Position numbers and translations under genes: made by a program | The notes under the pieces: generated by a model | Database searches by the model: none | Seen by the model: only the letters and a program-made list of their open reading frames with translations | What the model was told of the DNA's origin: nothing | NCBI GenBank assembly: GCA_051453625.1 | Contig: JBOZIK010000001.1 | Span: 12,003,796-12,047,806, forward strand | Reading direction: 5' to 3' | DNA: 44,011 nucleotides | DNA from: Welwitschia mirabilis | Taxonomy: Eukaryota | Part shown: positions 13,193-26,360 of the stretch, in pieces | Numbering within the stretch: position 1 is the first letter of the stretch | How the letters are laid out: every line of letters begins with the position of its first letter

Positions 13193-16100
13193 CACCTCCT
13201 AGTTAGTTTTGTACTAGTTCCTTAGCAAAAATTTGATGAATAAAGGGTGACATGGAAAAACTAAGTGAAATTGGTAAGTAAAGAAATGATATGATATTTC
13301 TAAAATTTTTTAATTAATTTTTAATAATTTAAGGCATCAAAATCAAAAAAATCTATGAAAATGGATGCCATACCCCCTAACCAAAATTGGACTTTGCTCT
13401 TAAAGTTATAAAGATAGGAAATTAATAAGCCTTTTGAAAATAAGTCAATTACAAAAGGCTAGCACATGATGATGATGTAAGTATTTGGAAAAAATAATGT
13501 AAAGGCTTAAATTAAAATGCAATTTTTTAAGGGAATACCAAACATGAAATTTAATTATAATACTTTATCCATAAATTAAAAAGGTAGAATACCTAATTTG
13601 ATGGCCACATTTGTTAAAAATTTTTAAATTTTATTTTTAATTTAAAATATGTCACATTACGATGTAAACAAAATATCCTCTAAGTAAACTTGTAAGCAAA
13701 CAAAACTTAGTTAAGCAAATTTTTAAGTACAAAATTAAGGAAAGTAAACATAAAAGGATTTTTCAATTTCATATTTTTTGTTTTTTTCTTTAAATTTACT
13801 TTTTTCCGCAATCATGTCTTATTCCTTGTTTCAAGAATTTTTATCTAATTGGGCATTTAGTATTATGACATCTTCTTCTAATAGAGTTAAGCATGTTCAT
13901 ATATGAATGAATCAATATGACATTACTAGTTAGCATTTATAGCTCTGATGTAATTGGACATGTCATAAATTATATCATTAAAGCTGCATTGCTAGTAAGC
14001 ATCCATAGCCTTGGTGCAGTTAACTAAACATAATTATTAATGATTAATAAATAGTATGATTTTGGAGAGGACATATTTTGATTTTCTTCTAATCATCCTT
14101 CTTATTTTTAATATAGTTTTATGCACATAAGGAGTCATTGGCTTATTATCCTAATCAAGATAAGTCTTGTCCTCATAAAATTCTTATAAAATAATTCACT
14201 TGACATGAAAGTAAATTCTAGCTTAGTTCAACGATTTTTTTCCCATTAGAAGATCTTAAGTGAAACTATCCTTATTAAGTTAACTTAAAAATACAAAACA
14301 ATTTCTTAAAAAACTATAGATAAACTTAAATTCTAGCTAGTTTAAAATGAAAAATCAATAACTTATTACTAGTTATTCATTTAAGGGCCCTAAATTAGGA
14401 TTATCTAATGTAGAGAATTCATGAGTGGATAGAAGGGTAGGATGTTTAGTAAAGTTAGATGATGAAAAAGGGAAAGCAATGGATGAGGATACTTGAGGAA
14501 GTGGTAATTTAGTTTGTATAATGGATGGTATTTGGGGTTTTTAACCTTAAAATGTTAATGACAGTGATTATACACATGGAAGTGCTTAGGTAGTTTAAGA
14601 CACAATAAGGCATCAAGCATAAAATGTTTTAAGATTTTTAATTTTTTCAAATCTAAATCTATCCTAAAAGGAAAATCTATTCTAAAAGAAAAATCTAACT
14701 TAAAAGCATGCAAAGAAATTAAAAATTTTTCAAGGGACTTTCCAAGGTACCACTTATGTAAATGTCATGATTGGATAATGAATTAGAATTTTTCAAGATA
14801 TTCAAGGATGGGAGAAAATCTTGATATAAATTTTTACATGAATTCATAGAAGATAAAAGAACATCAACATTAGTAGTAAAATTAATTCATTCAAAATTAA
14901 AAGTTTTCTATCCCTTGGCCTATTTTTATTTACTCACTAATTCATGCAAGAAATTATTTTAGGATGAAGATAAAGATGTGTTAGAAACCATTAAAAATAA
15001 ATTATCATTAATAGAAGCATTAGAAGATGGTTTCAAAATAAAAGATAATTTGTTTTCATCATTAAGGTTTAGGTCTTAGTTTAAAAGTAAGGATGAGAAT
15101 GACATAATGAGTTCAAGAAATTGTTGACAAAAAGATGAAATCTTTTCAGAGGATGGATCATGTAATAGATTTTAGTTAATGTTCTCCCCTTTTTTAAGGT
15201 ATTTAAGGGATTCTCCTTTAATTGATTGCATGAATGACATAAGTTCTAGTTCAAAAGAATCAATGTCATTTCTTTCATATATGTTACTTATGAATTTTTA
15301 CTTTATTATATGGCTCTCTAATTTATCTTCTTTCTCAGACATTTACTCACTAACTATAGATTCATCATCTTTAAATGTATTAGATCCTACTTTAAAGTAT
15401 AATTTAGATGCACATTATTATTCACTCTCTAAGGCATGTCTAAACTTAAGGTCCTCTTTGATATCATCATTAGTTTCAGTTTGGGCTTATTTTTTATTAC
15501 TAAGGCATATTATTTGGTGTTATTAATTTTATTCTTATTAATCCCTTCAAATTTTTCTAAGTTTTCAAGCTCATAAAATGTATGAAGGTTTTCTTCATCT
15601 TGTTATTGATTAAGAGTCCTAAGGATTTTATCATTCCTTAGGGCTATTTGTTAAAGGATTTCGTTAATTTTTTTCTTGATATTATTAGAGGATTCTTTCA
15701 AAGATTGGAAATAGAATTCAAGTGTATAAGAAGATGACTTAGTAGCACATTCTAGAAATTTTTGAAAGATATCCTCAAAGGAAAGCAAGGTTAATTATTA
15801 AATAAGTGAAGGTGATAGGTATTGGTTAAATGATAAAATATATGGAATAGAAAATGAAGGGTAAGGATCCATCGATAATGAATATGAGGTTGATGAGTAT
15901 AGATTATAAGAGCCAATGAAAAGCATGTGAACAAAATCCTATGGGTTAATATACTTGTTCTAAATAGGTTAGAATCCTAGCTCATGGTTTAATTTTCAAA
16001 AAGTAGATTGCATTTTATGTTGAAAGTTTAGATTTATTTGAGTTTTCTTAGTTTCTAAGAAGGCTATAAGCTAAAAAGTTTTAAAGATATAATGCAAGGT

Positions 16101-16771
16101 TTTTGTAAAAGTTGTAGAGGTTTTAGAGTAAGAAAGCCAGTAGCACTAATTAGGGAAGGTAATAATGCTAGTCTGGTTGAGTAGAATAGATTAAGAAAAT
16201 GACAAAGTAGTCATGCAGGTCATACAAAATTTTTTAGGTTATAAGGTTTAAGAAAAATTTAACAAAACTCTAAAATAACTATGATGTTGTAAAAATTTAA
16301 CCTACGAAATTAACCTAAATGTTTTAAATGTTTTTAAAAAATTAATAGAAATAAAAACTAATAGAAATGAAAAATTTATAGAACTCCAGAAACATGAAAT
16401 ATATTAAAAAGGATTGTTAGAGTTTGATTCATTTTTTATTTATAATCTTAGGTTTAGTTACAAATGCAAAAAGTTGTTATACTTACAACACAATTTATTT
16501 GATATGAAAATGAAATTTTAGTTGTTAGGTTAGATAACTAAACTTAACAACTTGGATTAGTCTAGGTTTTATTGGAAATGATTTAATACCTATCATTAAA
16601 AGAAAAATAAAACACATAAAATAAAAAGAAAAGGACCAGTTTGGGTGACACTATAAAGAGGACTAGTACCAACCATTGGAAAAATAGAAACCAACTAAAT
16701 AAATTAAAAGAAAAAAATCATGTTCTCTTAAAACATTATTGTGTCAATTTCCCCACAATGGTGGTAAAATC
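13193..16771 (-). mobile_element. Family B internal region (non-autonomous; decayed gag-like sequence, no RT/IN core seen)
   Basis: Lies between B LTRs; PPT at the left end, PBS at the right end; collinear with 18979-21925. Confidence 0.8.
16750..16771 (-). promoter_or_regulatory. Degenerate Athila-type primer binding site
   Basis: Minus strand reads ...ATCA GATTTTACCACCATTGTGGGGA, a decayed form of the Athila TTTGGCGCCGTTGCCGGGGA (tRNA-Asp type) directly after the LTR end. Confidence 0.65.
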
Positions 16772-18088
16772 TGATTATAGCTTTGTAGTGATATGGATTT
16801 ATCTAAGTTTATACTCAGAACCTTTCTTCCATAGGGATATATATGATAACTTTACAAAAGTGACATAAATTTTATATCTTATAATGGAAACTCAAATAAA
16901 AGGAAAATCAAAAAGTTTGAAATGAAATGATATTTGATTAATGACACAAGGGAACAAAAATGCTCTAAGGATCTAGCTAATTTATCTAATTTTCTACTTT
17001 TACTTTAATTCATGAATTTTAAACTTAAAAGTTAAGTGAGATCTACCTAAAAATTACTAATGACAAATGATTATGAATAACAATGAAATAATGAAAACAA
17101 CTTATAGTTAATCCTACCTAAATATTAATCATGTTAAATAAATGTGTAATAATAATGAAAGAATTAAAACTAATTATTGAAATAGAATTGGTCAAATATT
17201 GCTAATGCCAAATGAATTTGTGTAATAATANNNNNNNNNNGGTTTAAACTAATTCTTTTATTAAACTTTAACAAATATACATTACATCAATTAGAGAAAG
17301 AGATGAAGAAAGAAGACTCTTCAACTAGTCTTAAATTATTCTTCCCCTAAGAAAGGGTATCAGAGCATCATAACATTATATCCTTTAAGTCTTCCTCATG
17401 TTAAGCCAATATTAGACATTTAAAATGGGTAATCAAGGCTTTTTTATAGATGAAGGAAAGCTTGAAGTCTAAGTCATGATTATGGTAGGTAACAGCTACA
17501 TAAAGGAAATTACTTAAGGGTAGTTACATAAGGAGGGATTTACAAATGTATTTAGCATGTAGCTAGAAGGAAAGATTCTTTGTCTCTTCATGTAAATATA
17601 TTAATGGAGTCTCCTTTGACTACTGATGATGATGCCAATGGATTTCATATCATGTATCTTCCTCATGATCATCCTTTCTATGCCACATGTCTCAATGATG
17701 TGTTAATTTGTACTTTCATCATGTTTTGTCAAAGTTTGAGGTTTACTCTAGATTAACTTCTTACATAACCCATAAGTGCAAAGTGATGAATTTCATCACT
17801 TATGGTAGAAATGTAAGATTAATGTAAGTTTTTCTCAAAAGACTGGTACTATCAATAGTTCTACCCAACAATGTCAATGTTTAATGCTGAAATTATTTAA
17901 GCTTTTTCAAAATTCTTTAGAATTTATTAACAATCCTACTAATGTTAGAGGAAGTCCATATATTCATGTAAACATGATAAAAATGGTAAAAGGCATCATT
18001 TTATGATAAATTAATGAAGTAAATGTATTTTTCTATGCTAAATTTGTTAATTATACTTACTTAAAATGTTAATTTTCTCATGTTCGCA
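16772..18088 (-). repeat. Family B 5' LTR (subfamily B2)
   Basis: TG...CA on the minus strand (TGCGAACATG...ATCA); homologous to the other two B LTRs; followed by PBS. Confidence 0.85.
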
Positions 18089-18770
18089 CTTATATTATAA
18101 ATAGATTTACAAGAATCAACTAGTACTTCTTGCATTTATAATTTAAAAGGTTTTACCTACATCACATGTGATTGATTCTGTAATAGTCTTCATGAGATGA
18201 TTAGAATCATCCAAGATAGTAAGTCCTTTAACATGGCCACATGCCTTTTTACCATTATAGCAAATAGTATGAGTTATAAGAGTAATCTTCCCTTATCATG
18301 CTTATTTTCAGACTTGATTTATAATGCCTTATCTCATATTCTAGACTTTAAGGAATGGAATAAAACCATCATAGAAACAATAACTTCAAAAACGATTACC
18401 CAACTTAGTAAGTGTAAGAATGAAGATTGGATTGCAAGGGGTCTTTAAGAGAACTAAGGAGAAGAAGAATATCCTCAAAGAACTCCTTGTTCTTCTCAAA
18501 CTCCTTCCTCTTCATACTCTTTACGCACTACAAGAAGAAAGAAGAAGGATCCTATTGATGAATCTTTTCATGCCCCTTCTTCTCTAGTTTTTTCTTCTTC
18601 TCCTTCTATTACTTATAATCATTCCTTTACTACTTTAAGTGAAACCTTCCTTGAGGAAGTATCCAAGTTACAAATCATTTAGATTAGAAAGTTATGGAGG
18701 AAGATGAAACAGATTACTAATGAATAAAAGAAGATATTAAAGAAATATGAAGATACAAATTAAACATTAG
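18089..18770 (+). pseudogene. Fragment of retrotransposon env-like/extra ORF
   Basis: ORF 18197-18448 contains FNMATCLFTII...NLPLSCLFSDLI, resembling the LPYGxLLTRIF motif also seen at 38448-38500; followed by Ser-rich and coiled-coil-like coding. Confidence 0.5.
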
Positions 18771-18803
18771 AGAGGTGGGCTTTTTATAGAAGATCCATGA
18801 GTT

Positions 18804-18806
<3 letters not shown>

Positions 18807-18878
<72 letters not shown>
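18807..18878. repeat. (CT)n microsatellite running into a gap
   Basis: About 36 perfect dinucleotide units; explains the RERERE pseudo-ORF. Confidence 0.98.
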
Positions 18879-18978
18879 NNNNNNNNNNNNNNNNNNNNNN
18901 NNNNNNNNNNNNNNNNNNNNNNNNNNNNNNNNNNNNNNNNNNNNNNNNNNNNNNNNNNNNNNNNNNNNNNNNNNNNNN

Positions 18979-21976
18979 TTATAGCTCTGATGTAATTGGA
19001 CATGTCATAAATTATATCATTAAAGCTGCATTGCTAGTAAGCATTCATAGCCTTGGTGCAGTTAACTAAACCCAATTTTAATTAATCATAAAATAATGTA
19101 ATTTTAGAAGAAGAGATATTTTATTTTCTTTTAAATCATCCTTCATATATTCAATAATGTTTTGATGTACATAAAGGGGTCATTGACTCATTAACATAAT
19201 TAAGATAAATATTATTCCCACAAACTACTATGAAAATAATTTACTTGAAATGTAAGGAGGTTATACCTTAATTCAACTATATTTTCCATTTAAAAGACCT
19301 TAAGTAAAACTAGACCTTAGCAAGTTAACTCAAAAATAAGCAAAACCTTTAGTTGAAGACTACAAGTAAACTTAGATTTTATCTAGTTCATAAGAATAAT
19401 GTGATCATTCATTACTAATTTATTCCAATTAAGGACCATTAACTATCATCTAATCTAAAGAATTCATGCATTGATGGAAGAAGAAGGTGGTTGATGGAGT
19501 TTTTAGATGGAATAGAAATGGAAGGGATGGAAAGTTGGATTTGAGTAATGATGATTTATTCTATGTAGTAGGTGAAATTTTGAATTTACTACATTAAAAT
19601 GTTTAATATGATGATCATATAGGTGGAAGTACTTTGGTGGTTTAAGGTGTAAAAGGGCATCAAGAATTTTTTTAACAATTTAATTTTTTAAAACTTAAAT
19701 CTGTTCTAAAAAAATGTATTCTAAAAGAAAATTATAACTTAAAAGCATACAAAAAATTAAAAATAATAAAAATTAAAAGGCCTTTCTAAGGTATTATGTA
19801 TATGAAGGCTTAAAATGATTAATGCAATAGTTAAATAATGAATCGAAATTATACAATGCATTCAAAGAAGAGATCAAATCCCTATAAACATTTATACATG
19901 AATTCATAAAGATATTAACATTAGCCATAAAATTAATACATTAAAAATTAGCAATTTTCTATTCCTTATCCTATTTTTATTTACTCAATAACTCATTTAA
20001 GACATTACGTTATGGTAAAGGTAGAGCTAAATTGGAAACCATTGAAGAAGTCAATTGGTCATTGAGAAAAGTATCAGAAGATGGTTCCAAAGGCACAGAG
20101 GGTTTACCTTCATGATTGATATTTGATTCTTGTGTAGTAGATAGAGATATGATTGGTTTAAGAATTATTTAAAGAAAAGATAAAGGCTCTTCATATGATG
20201 GATCATGTAATGGCTCTTGGCTAATGTTCTTCTATTTCTTATAGTTTTCTAGGGATTCTTCCCCACAAGGTTTCATAGGCAAGGTTTAATATTTTTATCA
20301 TTAATATTGCTCTCTTCTTTTATTGTATAACTCTCTAGTTTTTCTTCTTCCTTAAGACAAATGCTCACTTAACAAGAATTCAATATCATCAAATGTATCT
20401 AATCCTACTCTAAAGTATAGTTTAGATGCATCTCATTGTTTTTTATTTAAGGCATATCTAGACTCAAGATTTCCTTTAATATTATAATTGGTTTTATTAT
20501 GGTCTTCTTCTTTGTTCCTAAGGGATGTGGTTTAATTTTTATTACTTGTCTCATTAATTCCTTCAAATTTTTCAAGGCTTCTAGTTTCATGGAATGTAGG
20601 CAGATTTTATTCTTGTTATTATTAGTTACAAGTTCTAAGGATTTGATCATTAGTTTTAGCCATTTATTAAAGAATTTCTTGAGATTTTCATTGGTTTTCT
20701 TAATGGATTCTTCTATATATGGTGACTAAAGTTGAAGTTTGTTTGAACAAGATTCAGCTACACCTTTTCAAAATCTCTAAAAGGTATCTTTAAAGGGACG
20801 TGAAGTGCTTTATTGAATAAATGAAAATAATGAGTATTGATGAAATCATGAAGGGTATTGAAAGGAAAATAAAGGGTAAGAATCAAAGGATGATAAATAT
20901 GAGGTTAATGGATATGGATTATAAGAGGTAGTGGAAGGCATGTGATCAAAATTCTATGGGATGATATACTAATTTTGGAATTCATAACTATAAGGAGGTT
21001 GATTCATGTACATATGGGGTTGAATATATTCTTCAAAGGTTTATTGAAATTAATGAAAATATTGTATAGTTCATTTAGGTTGTTCATGATTCTAAAAACT
21101 ATAGGAGCAAATAGGTTGAAGCTCAAAATGTGTCTAAAATAGGTGAGGCTTCGAACTCATGATTTAGGTTTAAGAAAATGATTTATATTTAGGGTTATAA
21201 GTTAATATTTTCTAAAATGTTCTCTATTTTTAAGGAACCTTATAAGTCTAAATGATTTAGATAGGTCATAAAAGGTCTTAATTTAAGTTCTATATTTTTT
21301 AGGGTAGGATAGCTAACAACACTAATCAAATAAGGTAGTGTTACCTCTTAGTTTAATAAGAAAGTTTTAGGGAAAAACAAAGGATTCATTTAGTTCATAC
21401 AAAAGATTTTAGATTGTAGGGTTTAAGAAAAAGATAGTAGAAATCCAAAATGATTATAACTTAAAAATTTACAAGATTAGAAAAAACCCTATATGTTTGA
21501 AAACTGATGGAAATGAAAAACTTATAGAGATTTATAGAAATAAAAAAAATACAAAACACACAAATTGTTAAAGTTTGGTCTAGTTTTAAATTCATGATCT
21601 TAAATTCAATTGCACCTATAAAAAGTCATTAAATCTACAACATGAAAACATTAGACATATAAATAAAATTTAAATGTTAGATTGGTTAGATAGCCAAATT
21701 CAATAATTTATACTAGTTTATGTTTCACTAGAAATGAATTAGTATCTACCACTAGAAGAAAAAGAAAACATAAAAACAGAAAAGGAAAAGGATAAATTTG
21801 GGTATTAATCTAAAGAGAACCAGTACAAACCATTAGAAAAATGAAAATTAACTAAAAAACATAAGAAAAAAATCATGTACTCTTGAAAACTTACCATGTC
21901 AATATCCATGGTAATAGTGATAAAATCTAGTCATAGCTTTATAGTGATCTAGATTGAGCTGAGTTTACACTTAGAA
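18979..21976 (-). mobile_element. Family B internal region, PBS and LTR tip (copy B1)
   Basis: Collinear with 13937-16820; reverse translation DASKLYFRVGLDTF (~20390-20431) resembles the end of a gypsy protease domain. Confidence 0.85.
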
Positions 21977-22076
21977 NNNNNNNNNNNNNNNNNNNNNNNN
22001 NNNNNNNNNNNNNNNNNNNNNNNNNNNNNNNNNNNNNNNNNNNNNNNNNNNNNNNNNNNNNNNNNNNNNNNNNNNN

Positions 22077-23656
22077 CTTTGATTCATTAGCCAATATGGA
22101 ATGTATTATATTTCTCAAGGAATGGAAGGACTCAATAAATCCTAATTGTTAAGACTTATTTTCATAATTTTTTACGTTATTTTAGAGCTTTTGCAAGACA
22201 TTTTTTTTTTTCAATTTTTACTCACTACACATGATGTATTACATGTTAATTTACTATGTTATATGTTTGAGATTATTTATAAGCCTATTTTATAAATTCT
22301 AAATTGATTTTTTTAAAGATAATTTAGCTTATAATTATAGTGGTTTGTCTAATTTTTATCAAGGATTGATAAAGGCTAAGTGGGAGGCTATGATTCACTA
22401 CCAAATTTTATGTATTTGATAGGGTATTATGAGCTATTTAGATGGACTTTATATATGTTTAGATGCAATTTTAAGGGTTATGAAGACTTGATGGATGATC
22501 ATAGGTAACATGCAATTTTTGGATGATAATAGAAACATGTAATTTTGGCATATTTAGAGGTATTTTAGACACTTTCTAATGCTCACTACTTTGGAATAAG
22601 ATTACTAATGCTAAAGATAATTTCTCTTGAGTTGGAAAGTTGAGTAGGACTATTTTCCCCACTTTCATCCCCATAATAGATAGCACAATATCTTTGAATA
22701 TGCCAAAATAGGATGTTAACTAGACTAGAGTTGAAACAAATGAAATCCTCTTTTGTAAGGGTTTAATTTTTGATGTCATCACCACAAAATAAATAATAAA
22801 AAATCATAATGTATGAATCATCATCCCCTTGATTTTCTATACAACAGTTAGGACAATAGCTGGAATTGCTAGCTAACTTTCATCTATTTCATTAATTTTT
22901 TATTGGATTAAAATGCATTTTTTAGTGCATTTTGAGTGATGGTTTTGCATTTTGTGTTATTAAATAAACCCCTTTCTCAACTCTCCTATCTTTCTTCTAG
23001 TCACTAGATATTTTTATGATAAGAGATCGAAGGGTAGGAGATCCATCTTATGAGTTGCATAAAGACATTCCCTTGGTAAAGGATTATGCATTCTCCATTG
23101 AGGATTAGATATTTTATAATATAGATGCTAGTTCGATTTTCAATATAAATCTTTATTTCTTTTTTATGTGTTTCTTTTGTTTATTCCCCTTATGATTTAT
23201 GTTGTTATTAATTCAGTGACAATTTAATTAATGATATAGGTATTAAGGAAAACCTTTGTTAAGGTTGAATAAAGTAGTTTAAGAATCATCTTTCATTAAA
23301 TTTATTTAACTCACCTGATAGCTTAAGTTATTATTTATTAGTAATAGTCTTGTTAGATAAATTAGGTTATACAAAGTCAATCTTCTTAATTAGTTAATTC
23401 GATACTCTGATAGGTGTTCATCTAGGTTTAGTTAGACTTGTATTACATTACATCTTTATTTCCTAAACTATTCTTAAGTTTATAATATGGTATTTCTTTG
23501 GAAATCAATTATTCTACTTCTCTCACACATCTTCATTTGATTTACAACATTTGAGTTACTCCCATCTATTCTAAAGTATCTTATTTTGCAATATATCTAT
23601 TTTGATTAATATGATTCAGTAAGGTGTAAAAGATTACAAAAATATGCACTACAACA
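22077..23656 (+). mobile_element. Family A copy A3: 3' UTR end, PPT and 3' LTR (22391-23656)
   Basis: AAGGATTGATAAAGGCTAAGTGGGAGGCTA|TGATTC start; ends AATATGCACTACAACA, the reverse complement of the A2 LTR end apart from one base. Confidence 0.85.
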
Positions 23657-25009
23657 GACATCTTAAGCCCTTTTTCATCTATGATATTTTGCTTCTCAAT
23701 TGGATTATTATTAACCATATTAACCTCTATCATGATAAGTTCAACCTTTATTACCCTCACAGTCTTAACAACAAACATACATACCTCAAAGTCAAGGATA
23801 AAACAAGCCTTAAGATCAAACTTGAATTCCTTAATCCAAAAGAAAGCTTATAAAAGTAAATATCCTAATGAAACAAATCCTTGTAACATTGTTCAAAAAT
23901 GAAATAGTCCAATTACCTTCAATCAAACAAAGTAATCCAAATGCGCCTAAACCAAGATTATATGGTGAATTAAAATACTATGAGTACCAATAAATCTATG
24001 AAAATTATATTAAAAACTATTTTAACTAAAGGAAAATTATCCAATATATTACTAAAAATTAAAAAAATATAAAATTTAGCATGATCTTAGTAGATACAAA
24101 CAAATATCTTGAGATCTACAAAAATTCTTTTCCTTCTTAATGTTATACATTGCAATTTTCATAGAATATGGTGTTCTAAACTAATAATGATTCCTTTGTG
24201 ATTATACTAATTCAAGATCAACCTAAGAGGTTACTAGAATAAATTATTCAAAAGAACAAGGAAAAATTAAAAGTAATGATTCAAGAGAAATACTCTTGGA
24301 CATGTCCGACCCCTTGATTACATGTGCCTACATAGCTTCTTATCTCTAAAGTAAAAGAGAAATATCATTATTTGACCTAATTAATTAAGATCTCTTAGCC
24401 TCATATACTTAAATTTAAAAGAATATGTAAGGAGTATTTAAGCTTGAAGTTGCATCTTGATCAAAGTCAACTATCCAAGGAGGATATCACCTTAAAGTAG
24501 GTGAAAATCCAATGCTTGCATCATGACATCTCTATAACTCCTAAGAGGATGATTATGACAAAGCCATCTTAGGTATTAGTAAATATCAGGTTTACTAAAG
24601 TAAGTAGAGCTTTCATCGATTATGTATTGAGTTAAATTTAATGGGTTCATCATGCCTTAAAAACTTTAAAATGGGTCATCTCATACATGTGAAAAAGGTG
24701 TGATGATTAGAGGATTTAATGACCACAAAGAAAAATTTAAAAAAATAGTTACTGTATCATTAAAATGATTCATAAGATTAAAGATACCAAATTTTACATA
24801 ATCAACAATGTGCTAGTGTTTAATTTATTATTAGGACATTCATGGATGATAGATGTGGAGGCAATCATATCTTTATTTCATCAAAAGCTAAAATTCATTA
24901 GATCTAAAATTTTAATGCCATTGAAATGAAATCACATTATGGCAAACATAAATATTTCATCCACTTTATCTTCTCTACCACCACCTCCTACATCTAAGAA
25001 GATGATTAT
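23657..25009 (+). pseudogene. Ogre/Tat-like Ty3/gypsy gag-protease fragment
   Basis: CNFHR zinc-knuckle start (~24152), KVSRAFIDY (~24597), IRGFND (~24706) and FNLLLGHSWMIDVEAIISLFHQKLKF (~24819-24896), matching Ogre/Tat NxLLGRPWIH...S.LHQKLKF. Confidence 0.8.
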
Positions 25010-25031
25010 TCCATGGTAATAGTGATAAAAT

Positions 25032-26360
25032 CTAGTCATAGCTTTATAGTGATCTAGATTTAACTGAGTTTACACTTAGAATCGTTCTTACACAAAGATA
25101 TATATGGTAACTTTTACAAATGTAATAAGATTACTATAACTTACAATAAAAATTACACTAAAAAGGAAAATCTAAAAGTTTAAATTAAAATTATTTTTAG
25201 TCAATAATGTGTGGGAACAAAAATGCTCCAAAGGTCTACTCAATTTGTTCATTACTTTACTCTTGATCTAATTATTTTTGTATCTTGAAATTAATAATTA
25301 AGTAAGCTTCATTTAAAAGTTACTAATGCCAAATGAATTATATAATAATAATGAAATGAAGAAACCTACTTAAGAACTAGTCTTATGTAAATATTGCTAG
25401 TGCTAAATAATTATTTAATAATAATGAAATAATTCAAACTAATTTTTGAACTAGTCTTAGCTAAATATTACTAACACCAAATGATTGTTATGCATTAATA
25501 ATAAAAGGGTTTATACCAATTCTTTATTAAAATTTTGAATAAACATACATTATAATAATTAAAAAAAGAGTAAAAAAAATAACTTCTTAACTAGCCTTGA
25601 ATCATTCCAACCCCAAAAAAGAGTATCAGAGAACCATGATGTCCTAATTTTTAAGTCTTATCCATGTTAAGTTAATTAAAAGTTATTTAAAATGGGCACT
25701 CAAGGTCCTTTTATAGATGAGGAAAGGCTTGGAGTCTAATTCATGATTTCATTAGATGGCGGTTACATAAGGAAGGTTAGTTAATGGCAATTACTTAAGA
25801 AGGGAATTAAAAATATGTTTGGCATGTAGTCATAAGAAAAAATTCTTTATCCTTTTATGTAAATATGATGATGATGTGTCCTTTGACCATTGATGATGCT
25901 ATCAATGAATGCCATATTATTCATCTTTCTTTTAATCATCCTTATTATGCCACATGTCACTACAACATATCAATTTGTACTTCCACCATGTATTATTAAA
26001 ATTTAATGTTTACTTTGGATTAACTTCTAACTTATCCTATAAGTAGAATGTGATGAACTTTTAAAATTATGGTAGAAACATAAGATTAGTGCATTTTCTC
26101 CTTAGAATATTAGTGATGCTAGTATTTATAGCTGGTGGCACTAAAGTTTGATTCTATAAATTTTCAAGGTCTTATAGTATCATTAACAGGCCAGTAACAA
26201 ACCTGCTAATCTTAAGGAAAATTGCATAATTTCATAAGAAGGTAATAAAAATGATAAAAAACATTAATATGTGATAAAATAATGTATTTTAATACTTCTT
26301 CCTATGCTAAAAATTAATCAATTATACTTTCTTAGAATGGTCAACTTTTACATGCAAATG
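25032..26360 (-). repeat. Family B 5' LTR (subfamily B1), with PBS remnant at 25010-25031
   Basis: Homologous to both other B LTRs; terminus TACATGCAAA is shared with 13181-13190; abuts the tandem array. Confidence 0.85.

Noticed and set aside
15179-15526. Plus-strand hydrophobic ORFs (also 5601-5840, 20499-20729, 20942-21142) as small membrane proteins
   Set aside because: They are antisense readings of A-rich family B sequence, and their starts and stops are not shared between copies.
17356-17366. GGTATCAGAGC, an 11/12 match to the tRNA-iMet PBS
   Set aside because: It lies mid-LTR, antisense to the element, with no LTR end before it; it is degenerate at homologous sites (~12458, ~25622).
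11961-18088. A single intact, datable family B element
   Set aside because: Its two LTRs belong to different subfamilies, the 3' end is deleted and no target-site duplication can be identified.
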